Source of the DNA: a virus | Taxonomy: Duplodnaviria > Caudoviricetes | Length of the DNA stretch: 56,343 nucleotides | IMG/VR virus record: IMGVR_UViG_3300029448_000046 | Location: 1 to 56,343 of that record | Reading direction: 5' to 3' (one strand) | Shown: one piece after another, positions 27,344 to 36,641 of the stretch | Layout of the letters: each line of letters starts with the position of its first letter | Position numbering within the stretch: position 1 is the first letter of the stretch | Position numbers and translations under genes: made by a program | Notes under the pieces: model-generated | Told to the model about the DNA's origin: nothing | Seen by the model: only the letters and a program-made list of their open reading frames with translations | Database searches by the model: none

Positions 27344-28697
27344 GGTTATTGCTTTCCCTTATTTTAAAGATGGGAAGGTTGTTAATCATAAGTATCGCAA
27401 CTACAAGGCCACGGGCAACCAACCTAAATGGTTTCAAGACAAGGCTGGTCAGAAGATTGTGTTCAATCGGGCCGCTCTTGAGGATGAAACTCTTGCGTCT
27501 GAACCAGTTATTATTACCGAAGGTGAGTGGGACTGCTGTGTTTCTGTTCAGTGTGGTTTTGTTCGCTCCATATCTGTGCCAGATGGTGCGCCACAGAAAT
27601 CTATAGATGTTGAGCGCGATGGTATTTCAAACAAGTATAGTTATGTTCAGGATTTGCTACCTCTTCTAGAGAACTGCAAGGAAATAATCATAGCAACAGA
27701 CGGTGATACAAATGGTCAGGTTCTAAGGGATGACCTAGCGATACGACTTGGTAAGGCAAGGTGTAAGTTTGTTAATTATCCCAGAGACTGTAAGGATTTG
27801 AATGACGCTCTTGTAAAGTACGGCACTAAGGGTGTGACTGAAACTATAGCTCGCGCAAAATGGTTTCAGGTGGACGCTGTCTATAGCTTCTCTGACCTTC
27901 CACCCTTAGATGACAAGCCTGTTTACGAACTTAACATGCATTCATTTGATTATCATTTTAAGATAAGGAAGGGCGACTTCTCTGTCGTCACGGGCGTACC
28001 CTCTTCAGGTAAATCAACATTCCTTAATCATATGATGTGCAAGATGGCAAAGCATCACAACATGAGAGTGTGCTTCGCATCCTTTGAACAGATGCCCCAG
28101 ACTGACCACCTTCGAGCCTTACGCAAGTGGTACTTTGAATGTTATCTGAATCGTCCGGTCAGAAGAAACTGGGCAAATGAGGATGAAGCACTCAAGACAC
28201 AATGCAGTGATTGGATTGACCATCACTTCCGCGTTATACACCCAAGCTGGGAAGATACTGTTGATTTAAATTGGCTTGTGGAAAAGATGCAAGCGGCTGT
28301 CATACAAGAGAGTTGTGACATAATAGTCATCGACCCATTCAACGAGATGGAACACAACACATATGGTGAGAGCATGACCCTGTACATTGGGGCTTTCATT
28401 AAGACGTTAAAAAGATTTGCGGCAAAGTATAACGTGCATGTGTGTGTGGTTGCTCACCCTCGCAAGGTCAGCAAGGACAAGGATGGTAATATAGAGATAC
28501 CCACGCTCTACGACATAGAGCAGTCAGCCATGTGGTATAACAAGGCCGACCTTGGTTTGATTGTTCACCGTGAAAATGGAGTAACACGGGCGCGTGTAGC
28601 TAAGTCACGTTACGAAGATATGATTGGTAAAAGGGGTGAGGTTTTATTCACATTCAATGAGGAGACGGCACATTTCTACGAGTACGAAGAGGTCTAA
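27240..28697 (+). CDS. Twinkle/T7 gp4-like primase-helicase (TOPRIM + SF4 helicase)
   Basis: ITEGEWD, SVPDGA, ATDGD, KDLND, Walker A GVPSSGKS, IDP, VAHPRK. Confidence 0.9.
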   Translation: MGLTEEATAYLETRSLDAETVLNLGVFASKHHSSEVIAFPYFKDGKVVNHKYRNYKATGNQPKWFQDKAGQKIVFNRAALEDETLASEPVIITEGEWDCCVSVQCGFVRSISVPDGAPQKSIDVERDGISNKYSYVQDLLPLLENCKEIIIATDGDTNGQVLRDDLAIRLGKARCKFVNYPRDCKDLNDALVKYGTKGVTETIARAKWFQVDAVYSFSDLPPLDDKPVYELNMHSFDYHFKIRKGDFSVVTGVPSSGKSTFLNHMMCKMAKHHNMRVCFASFEQMPQTDHLRALRKWYFECYLNRPVRRNWANEDEALKTQCSDWIDHHFRVIHPSWEDTVDLNWLVEKMQAAVIQESCDIIVIDPFNEMEHNTYGESMTLYIGAFIKTLKRFAAKYNVHVCVVAHPRKVSKDKDGNIEIPTLYDIEQSAMWYNKADLGLIVHRENGVTRARVAKSRYEDMIGKRGEVLFTFNEETAHFYEYEEV

Positions 28698-29145
28698 GGA
28701 AAACGACAAGTCACCTGTTCGCATAGAGTGGGCTGATAAGAACACACCCCGTGTTCGACGTGTTGACCAACGTGTCATCGACAGGTATCTGCTGTCTGAA
28801 AAAATAAACACAACACAACACCAAGCCGCCAACTGGTATCTAGACTTAGCGGAGACAGCCCAGTCAACGCCTCACCTCACTAGTCAGATAGGTAAGATGA
28901 GGGTTGGAACAGGCAATCCTGTTATGTCAAATCGTCAGGCCGAAGCGCGTGTTGTTCTTAAAAAGATTGATGACATGGTGAGGTCTAAGACCAGTTCAAT
29001 ACACCTGTCATGTATGAGAAACGTGGTATGCTTTGACGAGTCAATGCGTGAACAGCAAAGGAAATACGGCGGCGGCTTGCGCTCAAATGGTATGACAATA
29101 CTAAGAGAGGCACTTGATTGTTTGTATTTACATGGCCACTTTTAG
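28657..29145 (+). CDS. DUF6456-like transcription regulator
   Basis: ID.YL....I...Q.QAA.W and VVCFDES.R......LREALD.L..H pattern; start uncertain. Confidence 0.55.
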   Translation: MRRRHISTSTKRSKENDKSPVRIEWADKNTPRVRRVDQRVIDRYLLSEKINTTQHQAANWYLDLAETAQSTPHLTSQIGKMRVGTGNPVMSNRQAEARVVLKKIDDMVRSKTSSIHLSCMRNVVCFDESMREQQRKYGGGLRSNGMTILREALDCLYLHGHF

Positions 29146-29246
29146 TTTGGACTTGAATTAATGGGCAGAAATGTTTAAATCAAGATGTGGCGGAACGATG
29201 TATTGCATCGATTTGTAAAGAGGTTTCTGCACCTCTTCTACTTGTG

Positions 29247-29270
29247 AGGGAGCGGACTGCACCGCTCCCT
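29247..29270. terminator. hairpin between convergent operons
   Basis: AGGGAGCGG-ACTGCA-CCGCTCCCT perfect 9-bp stem; no clear U tract. Confidence 0.5.
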
Positions 29271-29656
29271 TACAGCACCTCAAAGAACTCTTGGTCAATA
29301 CCGCATTCAAAATTGTGGTAAGAACAATAGCCTATAATTGCGTACATCATTTCTGGTGGTGCAAACTGTTCAATAATATTGACAACAATTTTTCCATCTA
29401 ACTCTTGTTCCAGTTCAAGCCACCACCAAGGAACACCTTCTCTTTTATCGTGTGGAATTCTTGCCCACTGCAAGGATGAATAATCCCAATAAAATTTATG
29501 ACCATTAATCTCTGTGTTGCCTTTAATTTTTGGGAATCTTTTCTGTCTTGGTGAAAGTGTACTGTATTCACCAGCTACAGAGGATATAAAACTTAACGCT
29601 TGAAATAATTCAGAGTCACCAAAGTGTGCTTCGGGTAGTAACTTTTCTTTAATCAT
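29270..29656 (-). CDS. hypothetical protein
   Basis: 128-aa ORF with SD GGAG. Confidence 0.55.
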   Translation of the reverse strand: MIKEKLLPEAHFGDSELFQALSFISSVAGEYSTLSPRQKRFPKIKGNTEINGHKFYWDYSSLQWARIPHDKREGVPWWWLELEQELDGKIVVNIIEQFAPPEMMYAIIGYCSYHNFECGIDQEFFEVL

Positions 29657-29807
29657 TTTTAATCTCCACTAACTCAGCTTCTCCATAGAGAATGCATTCG
29701 TTGCAAGCACCAGCATCTTTTGCTCCTAGAACTTCAACATTAAGTTCGCACTCCTCACAACCATCGACAGGTTTGTAACCAACATTTGTTTTACTTATCT
29801 TTTCCAT
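29649..29807 (-). CDS. small CxxC-CxxC protein (not in ORF track)
   Basis: Hand translation MEKISKTNVGYKPVDGCEECELNVEVLGAKDAGACNECILYGEAELVEIKND*; fills the gap and overlaps both neighbours. Confidence 0.5.
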   Translation of the reverse strand: MEKISKTNVGYKPVDGCEECELNVEVLGAKDAGACNECILYGEAELVEIKND

Positions 29808-29992
29808 ACATCCATCCCCCTATAACAAAAATGCTCTAAGCCTTTTCGTTGTTCATCACTACTAAAAACTTCATCATCTGAGCCAGCAATACCCTCTTGC
29901 ATCACCCATTCAAACCACTGAACTTGTTGTTTGGGTACGTAGACTGTCATGCCACCGTTCTTTAAATAAACCTGTGTTAATGTTTTAACCAT
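29795..29992 (-). CDS. hypothetical protein
   Basis: TAATG coupling, SD GGAGG. Confidence 0.55.
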   Translation of the reverse strand: MVKTLTQVYLKNGGMTVYVPKQQVQWFEWVMQEGIAGSDDEVFSSDEQRKGLEHFCYRGMDVWKR

Positions 29993-30186
29993 TACTTAAC
30001 CTCCCTGTAAACACCACCGATTGTGTTGTCATCTTCATCTTTCATTGAAGTTTCGCCTTGGCCAATGACTTCATCAGCATCAAAGTTGTAGCGGTCTGCA
30101 AGCTGACGAAGTTCTCGCCTCCCATGAATAGAGGTACGTCCACCACCATCTTGAAACCACATAGTGAACCATTCTTTTCTAGACAT
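29992..30186 (-). CDS. hypothetical protein
   Basis: Start MSRKEW behind GGAGGAG. Confidence 0.55.
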   Translation of the reverse strand: MSRKEWFTMWFQDGGGRTSIHGRRELRQLADRYNFDADEVIGQGETSMKDEDDNTIGGVYREVK

Positions 30187-30352
30187 CACCAATCTCCTCC
30201 ACTGTAATCTCTGCGTCATAGTCACCATCATACTCTTTCCAATGGTCACAGTCTAATTTCCTCGCAAGACAGGCCGCTTGGTCAGCATCAGTAGCCTCAA
30301 CAGTGGCAACGCTGGACACTGAATAGCTTCGGGTTATTTCATATTTTGGCAT
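30179..30352 (-). CDS. small protein (not in ORF track)
   Basis: Hand translation MPKYEITRSYSVSSVATVEATDADQAACLARKLDCDHWKEYDGDYDAEITVEEIGDV*; SD CAGGAG. Confidence 0.6.
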   Translation of the reverse strand: MPKYEITRSYSVSSVATVEATDADQAACLARKLDCDHWKEYDGDYDAEITVEEIGDV

Positions 30353-30521
30353 CACTATTCTCCTGTGAACTAGTTATTATGAATAGTTTGTATCCTGCGA
30401 GTTTCCCCAGGAACACAAACCCAAAAGAAAAGGCGACTACTTGAGCCGCCCTCTCTTTAAATCTTTGAGCGCACACACCGCGCAGTAAAGAATCCCACCG
30501 TAATAGACAAAGCCTAAGTCA

Positions 30522-30800
30522 TTACACTTTGTGCATCTCAGGTCTTGTTCCTCGCGCTCTTCTTTTGTAGTCACGTTGATACACGCGCATCTTGTCCTTG
30601 TTTTTTTCTCGCCATTCGGATTGATACTTTCGTAGTCGAATGTTTTTCTTGTGGTGGTTTTTGTATTCGCCAAGACAGATGAAAAGTTTGTATGCGTCTT
30701 TGAGCATATCATTGGACACATCTCCTTTGAATTTATCCAAGTCAACAGAGCCGTACCTTTTGCGGAACTCACCCCTCAGTTTAATGTATTTATTTTTCAT
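30522..30800 (-). CDS. basic hypothetical protein
   Basis: 92 aa, SD GAGG, K/R-rich C-terminus. Confidence 0.5.
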   Translation of the reverse strand: MKNKYIKLRGEFRKRYGSVDLDKFKGDVSNDMLKDAYKLFICLGEYKNHHKKNIRLRKYQSEWREKNKDKMRVYQRDYKRRARGTRPEMHKV

Positions 30801-30869
30801 TTCATTCCTCGTTAAAAAACCCTCCCCTTTTCAAGAGAGAGCTTAACATTTTTTAGAGATGGAGTGAAG

Positions 30870-31520
30870 TCAGCCAACCGCATATCTGGAGCAAAACTCA
30901 TGCATACCGTCTACGGCGTTACGTTCTATAACATCATCGAATTCGGGGTGTCCTGTAGGACGGGGGTTTATCTCAACCACTTTCGCACCACTTTTCTTGG
31001 CTAGGTATAGCATAGAGCTATCTCCACCAATTGACAGGGATGAACCAACTACAACAAAAAGGTCTGCGGATTTTATTGCGGCTAGCATACATAGCCTACG
31101 TTTGGTTTCGTCACCATACAGGACAACGTCAGGCATAACCCAGTTAACATTTTTTCCCCGACAATCGACCGTAAACTTTCGACCAGCTTTGAACATACTC
31201 CCATGAACTTTTATAGGGTCTTTAGTTCCGGCAAGCTCATGAAGATTGTCTACGTTACTAGTAATAACCTTAACTGAAGATGATTTCTCCAAGTTTGCTA
31301 TGTCATAGTGTGCCTGATTAGGTTTGAAATCAGAGTACAAGGCCATGTCTTTTGCGGTACGCCAGAATTCCATAAACATCTCGAAGTTCTTGTCCCAACC
31401 GTTTACAGTAGAGACTGTTTCGACATCATAAATATCCCAAAGACCAGCCTTATTATCTCGAAAGGTTGGGATACCGCTTTGACTAGATATACCTGCACCT
31501 GTGTAAAATGTTATGTTCAT
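30870..31520 (-). CDS. Sir2/CobB-family NAD-dependent deacylase
   Basis: TGAGIS..SGIPTFRD, PN.AH, ITSNVDNLHE.AG, HGS, PDVVLYG, VVGSSL, EINP. Confidence 0.9.
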   Translation of the reverse strand: MNITFYTGAGISSQSGIPTFRDNKAGLWDIYDVETVSTVNGWDKNFEMFMEFWRTAKDMALYSDFKPNQAHYDIANLEKSSSVKVITSNVDNLHELAGTKDPIKVHGSMFKAGRKFTVDCRGKNVNWVMPDVVLYGDETKRRLCMLAAIKSADLFVVVGSSLSIGGDSSMLYLAKKSGAKVVEINPRPTGHPEFDDVIERNAVDGMHEFCSRYAVG

Positions 31521-31522
31521 CT

Positions 31523-31744
31523 TTAGTTTTTTCCCTTCGAGGTTTGAGTGTCGGTCACATCATATGTGGTTGAGTCACCACTGCTTTCCGACTGTGCTTT
31601 AAGTTCCTTATTTAGATTTAAATATTGTTGTGTTGAAATGTTATAGGCGTGGTCTTTTTCTGTAAAGGCGTAAACAATCATCTGCCTGTAGAAAAAATCT
31701 TTCCAGCCCTCATGCATTTTTCTTTCTGCTTTCTTGCACATCAT
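31523..31744 (-). CDS. hypothetical protein
   Basis: SD AAGGAG. Confidence 0.5.
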   Translation of the reverse strand: MMCKKAERKMHEGWKDFFYRQMIVYAFTEKDHAYNISTQQYLNLNKELKAQSESSGDSTTYDVTDTQTSKGKN

Positions 31745-31755
31745 GAGCTGTCTCC

Positions 31756-32574
31756 TTAATCAAATGCTGATAGTAATTCTTCAGTGAATTCGCTTGAAGC
31801 TTTTCGCTTTACGACGGACTCAATGTACATCCTTGAGCGACATGTCTTCATTGTGTCAACGTGTCTACCAATATATCCCTCTTCTAAATCCCAGCTAGAA
31901 GATTTGACGGAGCGTTTGTACCAGCTAGCCTTGAAGCCATCTACATCACCAAAGTTTCCAATATACTTTGCTGTCTTTATGATTTTATTTTCGACAACGA
32001 AAGCTCCCAGCAACTCAACTTGTTTGAACCAGTTGTACGGGACATCCAGTCTCAATTCATGTGAGCTTCCATCTAAATACATTTCGATTTTTTTGTATTC
32101 GGGACTCTTTAATCCGAAGTCTACTTTATAATCTGGAGTGGTATTAGAAAAACATCTCCCGTGTAGGTTAAAAACAGCTTGGCGGTTTCTTTCTAAAGAC
32201 CTTTGCCATATTGAAGCTATCCCCATTGGCGTATTCTTTTTGGCTAAAATCTTTCTGTATTTTTTAATCTGTCTTATAGAAGAGACGTATTCATCACATA
32301 AATTATTTGCATAACCATTGATTTGAAAGTCATTTACGTCCGGTGCAAAGTCTTGGGTGAAATTATGTTCACCGAATTCAGCAGATATTTTTTGGATTTT
32401 GTGCATGAAAAAATTAGATGACATACCAGTCTTAGTTAAGCTCTCTCTCGAAAACTTATTCGCATGTTGGTTTATCACATAGGTTACTGCATCAAATTTA
32501 ATGTCATCACAGTATCTAGAAATGGGTGATAAAGTTTTAACAGCATTAAAATATGCTAAAGATTTCTTGCTCAT
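31756..32574 (-). CDS. hypothetical protein
   Basis: 272-aa ORF, SD GAGG, AT-rich. Confidence 0.6.
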   Translation of the reverse strand: MSKKSLAYFNAVKTLSPISRYCDDIKFDAVTYVINQHANKFSRESLTKTGMSSNFFMHKIQKISAEFGEHNFTQDFAPDVNDFQINGYANNLCDEYVSSIRQIKKYRKILAKKNTPMGIASIWQRSLERNRQAVFNLHGRCFSNTTPDYKVDFGLKSPEYKKIEMYLDGSSHELRLDVPYNWFKQVELLGAFVVENKIIKTAKYIGNFGDVDGFKASWYKRSVKSSSWDLEEGYIGRHVDTMKTCRSRMYIESVVKRKASSEFTEELLSAFD

Positions 32575-32585
32575 GTTTTTCCTCT

Positions 32586-33827
32586 TTAATTTTGAAGGTT
32601 GATTTCAAGAACTTCACCAAACAGGTGACTGTGATAGTCAGTTGTGACCCCCCAATACACGGGGTATTCAGGTTGTGTGGGTGCTGGACAGTAACCATCA
32701 GTCAAGTAAACCAATGCTTGTGGACGAATATCATTCTGTTCAACCCAGTCAAAGACTGGCTGAAACCTAGTGCCGCCGCGCCCATGAATTCGATTTATCT
32801 TAAATGGTTGACCAATCTCAAATACATCGACGTGATTGACACGACTGTCGCATTGAACGACGTGAAGCTTTGAAGGTTGAAGCTCTTCACAAATGCTCTC
32901 TATCTCACCTAAGAACTGTTGTATTTCCTCAGATGAAACTGACCCCGAAGTATCAATGCCAACAACAATCTCACCGACATTCTCACGATGATAGTCTGGA
33001 ATAAATGAGCGGTACTCAGACAGCAGGTGATGAAACTTTTTGTGAGGGCGAGTATAGGTGTGGTCTACAATCACCAATGACTGCATCATTTGCCGAAGCA
33101 CAGAACGCCAATCAACGGTTGGCTTTTTGTATGTATCGATAAGCTCATCAGCAGAACCAAATGCCTTACCTCTAGACTTGGCCGTCTGATGTGCTTGCTC
33201 AACCATTATTTCAACTTCACGTTCCATCTGACCAGCTTCAGATTGAGTCTTGACTGGTGCATCTGTAACCTGCCCGTGGCCTCCAGTCGCTCCGCCATCA
33301 CCTTCCGCGTTACCCTCACCTTCCGCGTTACCCTCACCTTCCGCGTTACCTTCACCGTCACCCTCACCTGAACCCGTCCCAGAACCAGAGCCTTTTTCTA
33401 ATAGATGATTGTATATATCTATGGTTGACCATCCGCGAAACTTTGAGTCGATAAGACCGTTTTCAGGGAGCTTCATACAGGAAACTCCACGGCGACTTAT
33501 CTCTGCTTCAATTGCATCCTCTATTAGAAGGTTGATGAAATAATCACCTGCTATATTCCAAAGCTTTGGGTCACGTTGACCCCTCAATAAATGATGCTTG
33601 GAATAAACATGCATCACCTCATGAACAGCCAGACCAACCATCTCTTGCTTATCAAGACCCCTGACAAAGTCAGGGTTAAACTTGATGTACACACCATTCG
33701 TACATGCGGTTGGGATTGTATCATCAACTTCCCAACTTAACTTTGACGCACCAGCCCCGAAGAACGGCTGATGTGCTAGTGTTACAACCTTACATCGGTC
33801 TATTATTTTTTGAATATCATCTGTCAT
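32586..33827 (-). CDS. DUF2201-like metallopeptidase + vWA domain protein
   Basis: TACTNG, HEVMH, WNIAGD..IN; MIDAS DTSGS, GRGGT.F, LTDG. Confidence 0.88.
   Translation of the reverse strand: MTDDIQKIIDRCKVVTLAHQPFFGAGASKLSWEVDDTIPTACTNGVYIKFNPDFVRGLDKQEMVGLAVHEVMHVYSKHHLLRGQRDPKLWNIAGDYFINLLIEDAIEAEISRRGVSCMKLPENGLIDSKFRGWSTIDIYNHLLEKGSGSGTGSGEGDGEGNAEGEGNAEGEGNAEGDGGATGGHGQVTDAPVKTQSEAGQMEREVEIMVEQAHQTAKSRGKAFGSADELIDTYKKPTVDWRSVLRQMMQSLVIVDHTYTRPHKKFHHLLSEYRSFIPDYHRENVGEIVVGIDTSGSVSSEEIQQFLGEIESICEELQPSKLHVVQCDSRVNHVDVFEIGQPFKINRIHGRGGTRFQPVFDWVEQNDIRPQALVYLTDGYCPAPTQPEYPVYWGVTTDYHSHLFGEVLEINLQN
33298..33350. repeat. 18-bp tandem repeat x3 encoding GNAEGE linker
   Basis: TCACCTTCCGCGTTACCC repeated three times in frame. 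Confidence 0.9.
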
Positions 33828-33836
33828 TGAAGCCCC

Positions 33837-34922
33837 CTATGAACTGGCAATGTTTTTAAGTTCGACATTTAATTTGATGAATTGTGCATTCTTACCAAGC
33901 TTGGCGTCACGCGCACTGATATCAGTCAGTAAGAGCAGTTGAAATTCTCTGCCAAGCCGCCGCGCATACCGGATAACATTATCCATATTGGTTGGGTTAG
34001 CCATACGGGCTAACGTACTCACCATTGCGTAGAGCGTGCATGGGTCACTTGGCACATCAACCGCATCTGGGTTTGTCTCAATCATCTTAACATTTGGAAG
34101 TGACCTGAAGACACGCAGGAAACCAGTGAACTCAATCGCAAACCCTCGACCACAACAACCCTCGACAAGCGCATGTTCAATAGCTTGTGATGGCTTTTGT
34201 TTCATAATATTTGACAGCATCGAAATGCTTCGAGGTGTTGGGAAAGCTGTCATGTCAGGGCTGAAGTCATGAAGCTGGTCTGCTTTGAACCGGACAAACG
34301 CCACAAGTTCAGGCAAAATATCATTAGCAACAGCATGAGCCGTCCAGTCCTCAACATCCACAATCAATTCGACGTGTGCAAAGCGGTTGCGAAGTGGTGC
34401 TGGCATGGTATTTGTCACACCCCTGTCGCTGACCCTGTTTCCAGCCGCCATAATCCGACAACCCTTGGGTAACTCATAATCTCCAAGCTTACGGTCAAGC
34501 ACAAGCTGGTAAGCCATACCCTGAACAATCGGCGACGCGGAATTGATTTCATCAAAGTTGATAAGCACTTTTGCGTCGGGATTGGTTGGTAGTAGATTGT
34601 CACGTAGCCACATAACAAATCCTCTTTTCTCAGAGGGGGTAGCCTCTGGAATACCGTCCAAGTTCTGCTCACCAGAAGGTTGACCATCAATGAAGCATGG
34701 CACGGGTAAACCCTTCAGGTCAGATGGGTCATATATAGACAGGCGAATGTCAGCCATACTGTCAAAGCCAATCTCTTGTACAAGTTGTGCAGTACCTTCA
34801 GATTTGCCGATACCTGCCGCACCCCACGTCATGAGGGGGACGTTTGCTTTTAAACATGTTTTTGCAAATAGCTTCCAGTCACTCATTCTCAAAGTCGAAA
34901 TATTCATTTCAGATTTCTGCAT
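33837..34922 (-). CDS. MoxR-like AAA+ ATPase
   Basis: GAAGIGKS, DL.GLP, FDEIN, AAGNR..D, PLRNRF, FPTPRS. Confidence 0.9.
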   Translation of the reverse strand: MQKSEMNISTLRMSDWKLFAKTCLKANVPLMTWGAAGIGKSEGTAQLVQEIGFDSMADIRLSIYDPSDLKGLPVPCFIDGQPSGEQNLDGIPEATPSEKRGFVMWLRDNLLPTNPDAKVLINFDEINSASPIVQGMAYQLVLDRKLGDYELPKGCRIMAAGNRVSDRGVTNTMPAPLRNRFAHVELIVDVEDWTAHAVANDILPELVAFVRFKADQLHDFSPDMTAFPTPRSISMLSNIMKQKPSQAIEHALVEGCCGRGFAIEFTGFLRVFRSLPNVKMIETNPDAVDVPSDPCTLYAMVSTLARMANPTNMDNVIRYARRLGREFQLLLLTDISARDAKLGKNAQFIKLNVELKNIASS

Positions 34923-34931
34923 TTCAATCTC

Positions 34932-35195
34932 CTACTGGTTAATTCTAAAGGGTATTATGGTTGCTGTAATTTTCTGGCTTGCGGTGAACTCAACGCCAGC
35001 CTCAATCATTTCCTCAAACGTGCTTTTCTGCATCACCACACGTTTAAAAAATTCCCAAGCGAGGGGCTGAAGCCCACGCTTTTCGCATATTATTTTATGT
35101 TCATCCCAAGCCCGTTTCCGGTTTGTGAACCATTCGGTATCGTTACCTTTCATACGTATGCACTCCTCAATATCTAAAGTTTTCTGACAGGTCAT
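34932..35195 (-). CDS. hypothetical protein
   Basis: ATGA-coupled 87-aa ORF. Confidence 0.55.
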   Translation of the reverse strand: MTCQKTLDIEECIRMKGNDTEWFTNRKRAWDEHKIICEKRGLQPLAWEFFKRVVMQKSTFEEMIEAGVEFTASQKITATIIPFRINQ

Positions 35196-36091
35196 TCTGC
35201 GGCCAGCCCATAAACGCCCTGCATAGTATCTAATATTGACTGTGCATCGTCAGCAACAGACTTACGCAGGTTGTCATTAGACCGCAGGTCTTCACAGTCA
35301 TAGACCGCTATTTTCTCGCTCACCAGTTGACATGCGTTGTCCAAGTCAGCATCGCCCGTCAAATTTAAACGGGGTAAAACATCACACAAATCACGCACGT
35401 TTTGTATAAGCGTGTCTCGAAACGCACCTTCAGCCTTAACCTCACCATCGGCAGGTTTGTAATTTCTAAGCTTGTCCTCGACGTGAACTACAGCCTTGGT
35501 CAATCTTGACCACAGTTCTGTAACAGCATCATCAATCCTCGACTGCATCTGACGATTGGCGGTCTCTATGAGCTGTTGTTCCATTTCAACTGACCCAAGC
35601 ATATTATCAAATGCGTTATTATCGGCTAGTGGTTCATAACTCAGGTCAAATTGAAAGCGCGTCCAAAGCTCATTAACGCTTGGATAGTCATAGATATTGA
35701 ACATTTCACCAAGCCGCAATGACTGACGGTCACGCATTACCTCGAATTCATCAATGAACTCACTGACCAATGAGGTAAACATTTGTTGATGCCCTTGTAA
35801 CAGTTCTGAATGTCGTTCAAAATTAGTCACTGGCAAAAGTGAAACGCCCGTAGTAAATGGTAACGTCTGTGCATTATTTGCATGACGCGCCGCGCTCGAA
35901 ACTTGTTTAATTTCTTTCAGCAACTGACTACCACCCATAAGTGATTTGACGAACTTGCCAGCGTTGTTGTCGGCATTTTTTTGCATGCATGTTTCCAGCG
36001 TTGCAGACTTGTCAACCTTCTGACCGCCCCACTGTCGAATTCCCAGTTTTACAAGAACTGCTGATTTTTGAATGTTTGATATATGTGTCAT
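35192..36091 (-). CDS. conserved phage early protein (DUF3150-like)
   Basis: AVLV.L.I.QW.G.K.D, LGEMFN..DYP, FRDTLI.N...L...LP.LNLT.D; SD ACAGGAG. Confidence 0.7.
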   Translation of the reverse strand: MTHISNIQKSAVLVKLGIRQWGGQKVDKSATLETCMQKNADNNAGKFVKSLMGGSQLLKEIKQVSSAARHANNAQTLPFTTGVSLLPVTNFERHSELLQGHQQMFTSLVSEFIDEFEVMRDRQSLRLGEMFNIYDYPSVNELWTRFQFDLSYEPLADNNAFDNMLGSVEMEQQLIETANRQMQSRIDDAVTELWSRLTKAVVHVEDKLRNYKPADGEVKAEGAFRDTLIQNVRDLCDVLPRLNLTGDADLDNACQLVSEKIAVYDCEDLRSNDNLRKSVADDAQSILDTMQGVYGLAAE

Positions 36092-36167
36092 GAAAATCTC
36101 CTGTTATGACTAGTGTACACAAATTTTAGACTGTCGCAAGACGCAAAGCGTCTAGGCAAACCACTTA

Positions 36168-36461
36168 TTAGTCATTACGCTTATTATATGTGATAACCGT
36201 ATAACGCTTACCTTCTTTGACCAGTCGTGCTTGATACTTATGCATTACTGGCCTCGAAATGCTCCCTTTCCGCTCTAACATTGGAAGCCAGTTCTGAGCG
36301 GCTCGAACCCCTGCCCTCAACTCTCTATCGTCATAATTCGGCAACGACTTTCTAAGCTTTCCGAATGTGTCGTTTCCTGCCTTTATCTGACCGATAATCT
36401 CAAGTGCTATTCTGTCTTTGAATGCACCAGTTAATTTTCGTTTAACGCTTGTAATTTGCAT
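36168..36461 (-). CDS. hypothetical protein
   Basis: 97 aa, SD GGAAGGG. Confidence 0.55.
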   Translation of the reverse strand: MQITSVKRKLTGAFKDRIALEIIGQIKAGNDTFGKLRKSLPNYDDRELRAGVRAAQNWLPMLERKGSISRPVMHKYQARLVKEGKRYTVITYNKRND

Positions 36462-36627
36462 ATCCCTTCCTTTCGATTAACCATTTTTCCAATTTACTTA
36501 ATGTTGAATAAGCAAACAAAAGCGCACTGATAAACACACATACAGTCAATGCGCCTTCATCATTTAAATTAACTAAAATCATAAACAATACGCTGGTCAG
36601 CGCACCTTCTTTGATAATTTCAAACAT
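36442..36627 (-). CDS. small membrane protein
   Basis: Two hydrophobic segments, each preceded by EGALT. Confidence 0.5.
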   Translation of the reverse strand: MFEIIKEGALTSVLFMILVNLNDEGALTVCVFISALLFAYSTLSKLEKWLIERKGYANYKR

Positions 36628-36641
36628 GATATTTCCTTTCT

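Noticed and set aside
30437-30772. 111-aa ORF overlapping 30522-30800
   Set aside because: Only the C-terminal CxxC..CxxC part looks real and its start could not be placed
30870-31520. Thoeris/DSR-type defence Sir2
   Set aside because: Motifs are CobB-like (GIPTFR, PDVV.YG) and no defence partner gene is adjacent
33298-33350. Phase-variation repeat
   Set aside because: The 18-bp unit is in frame, so copy number changes linker length only
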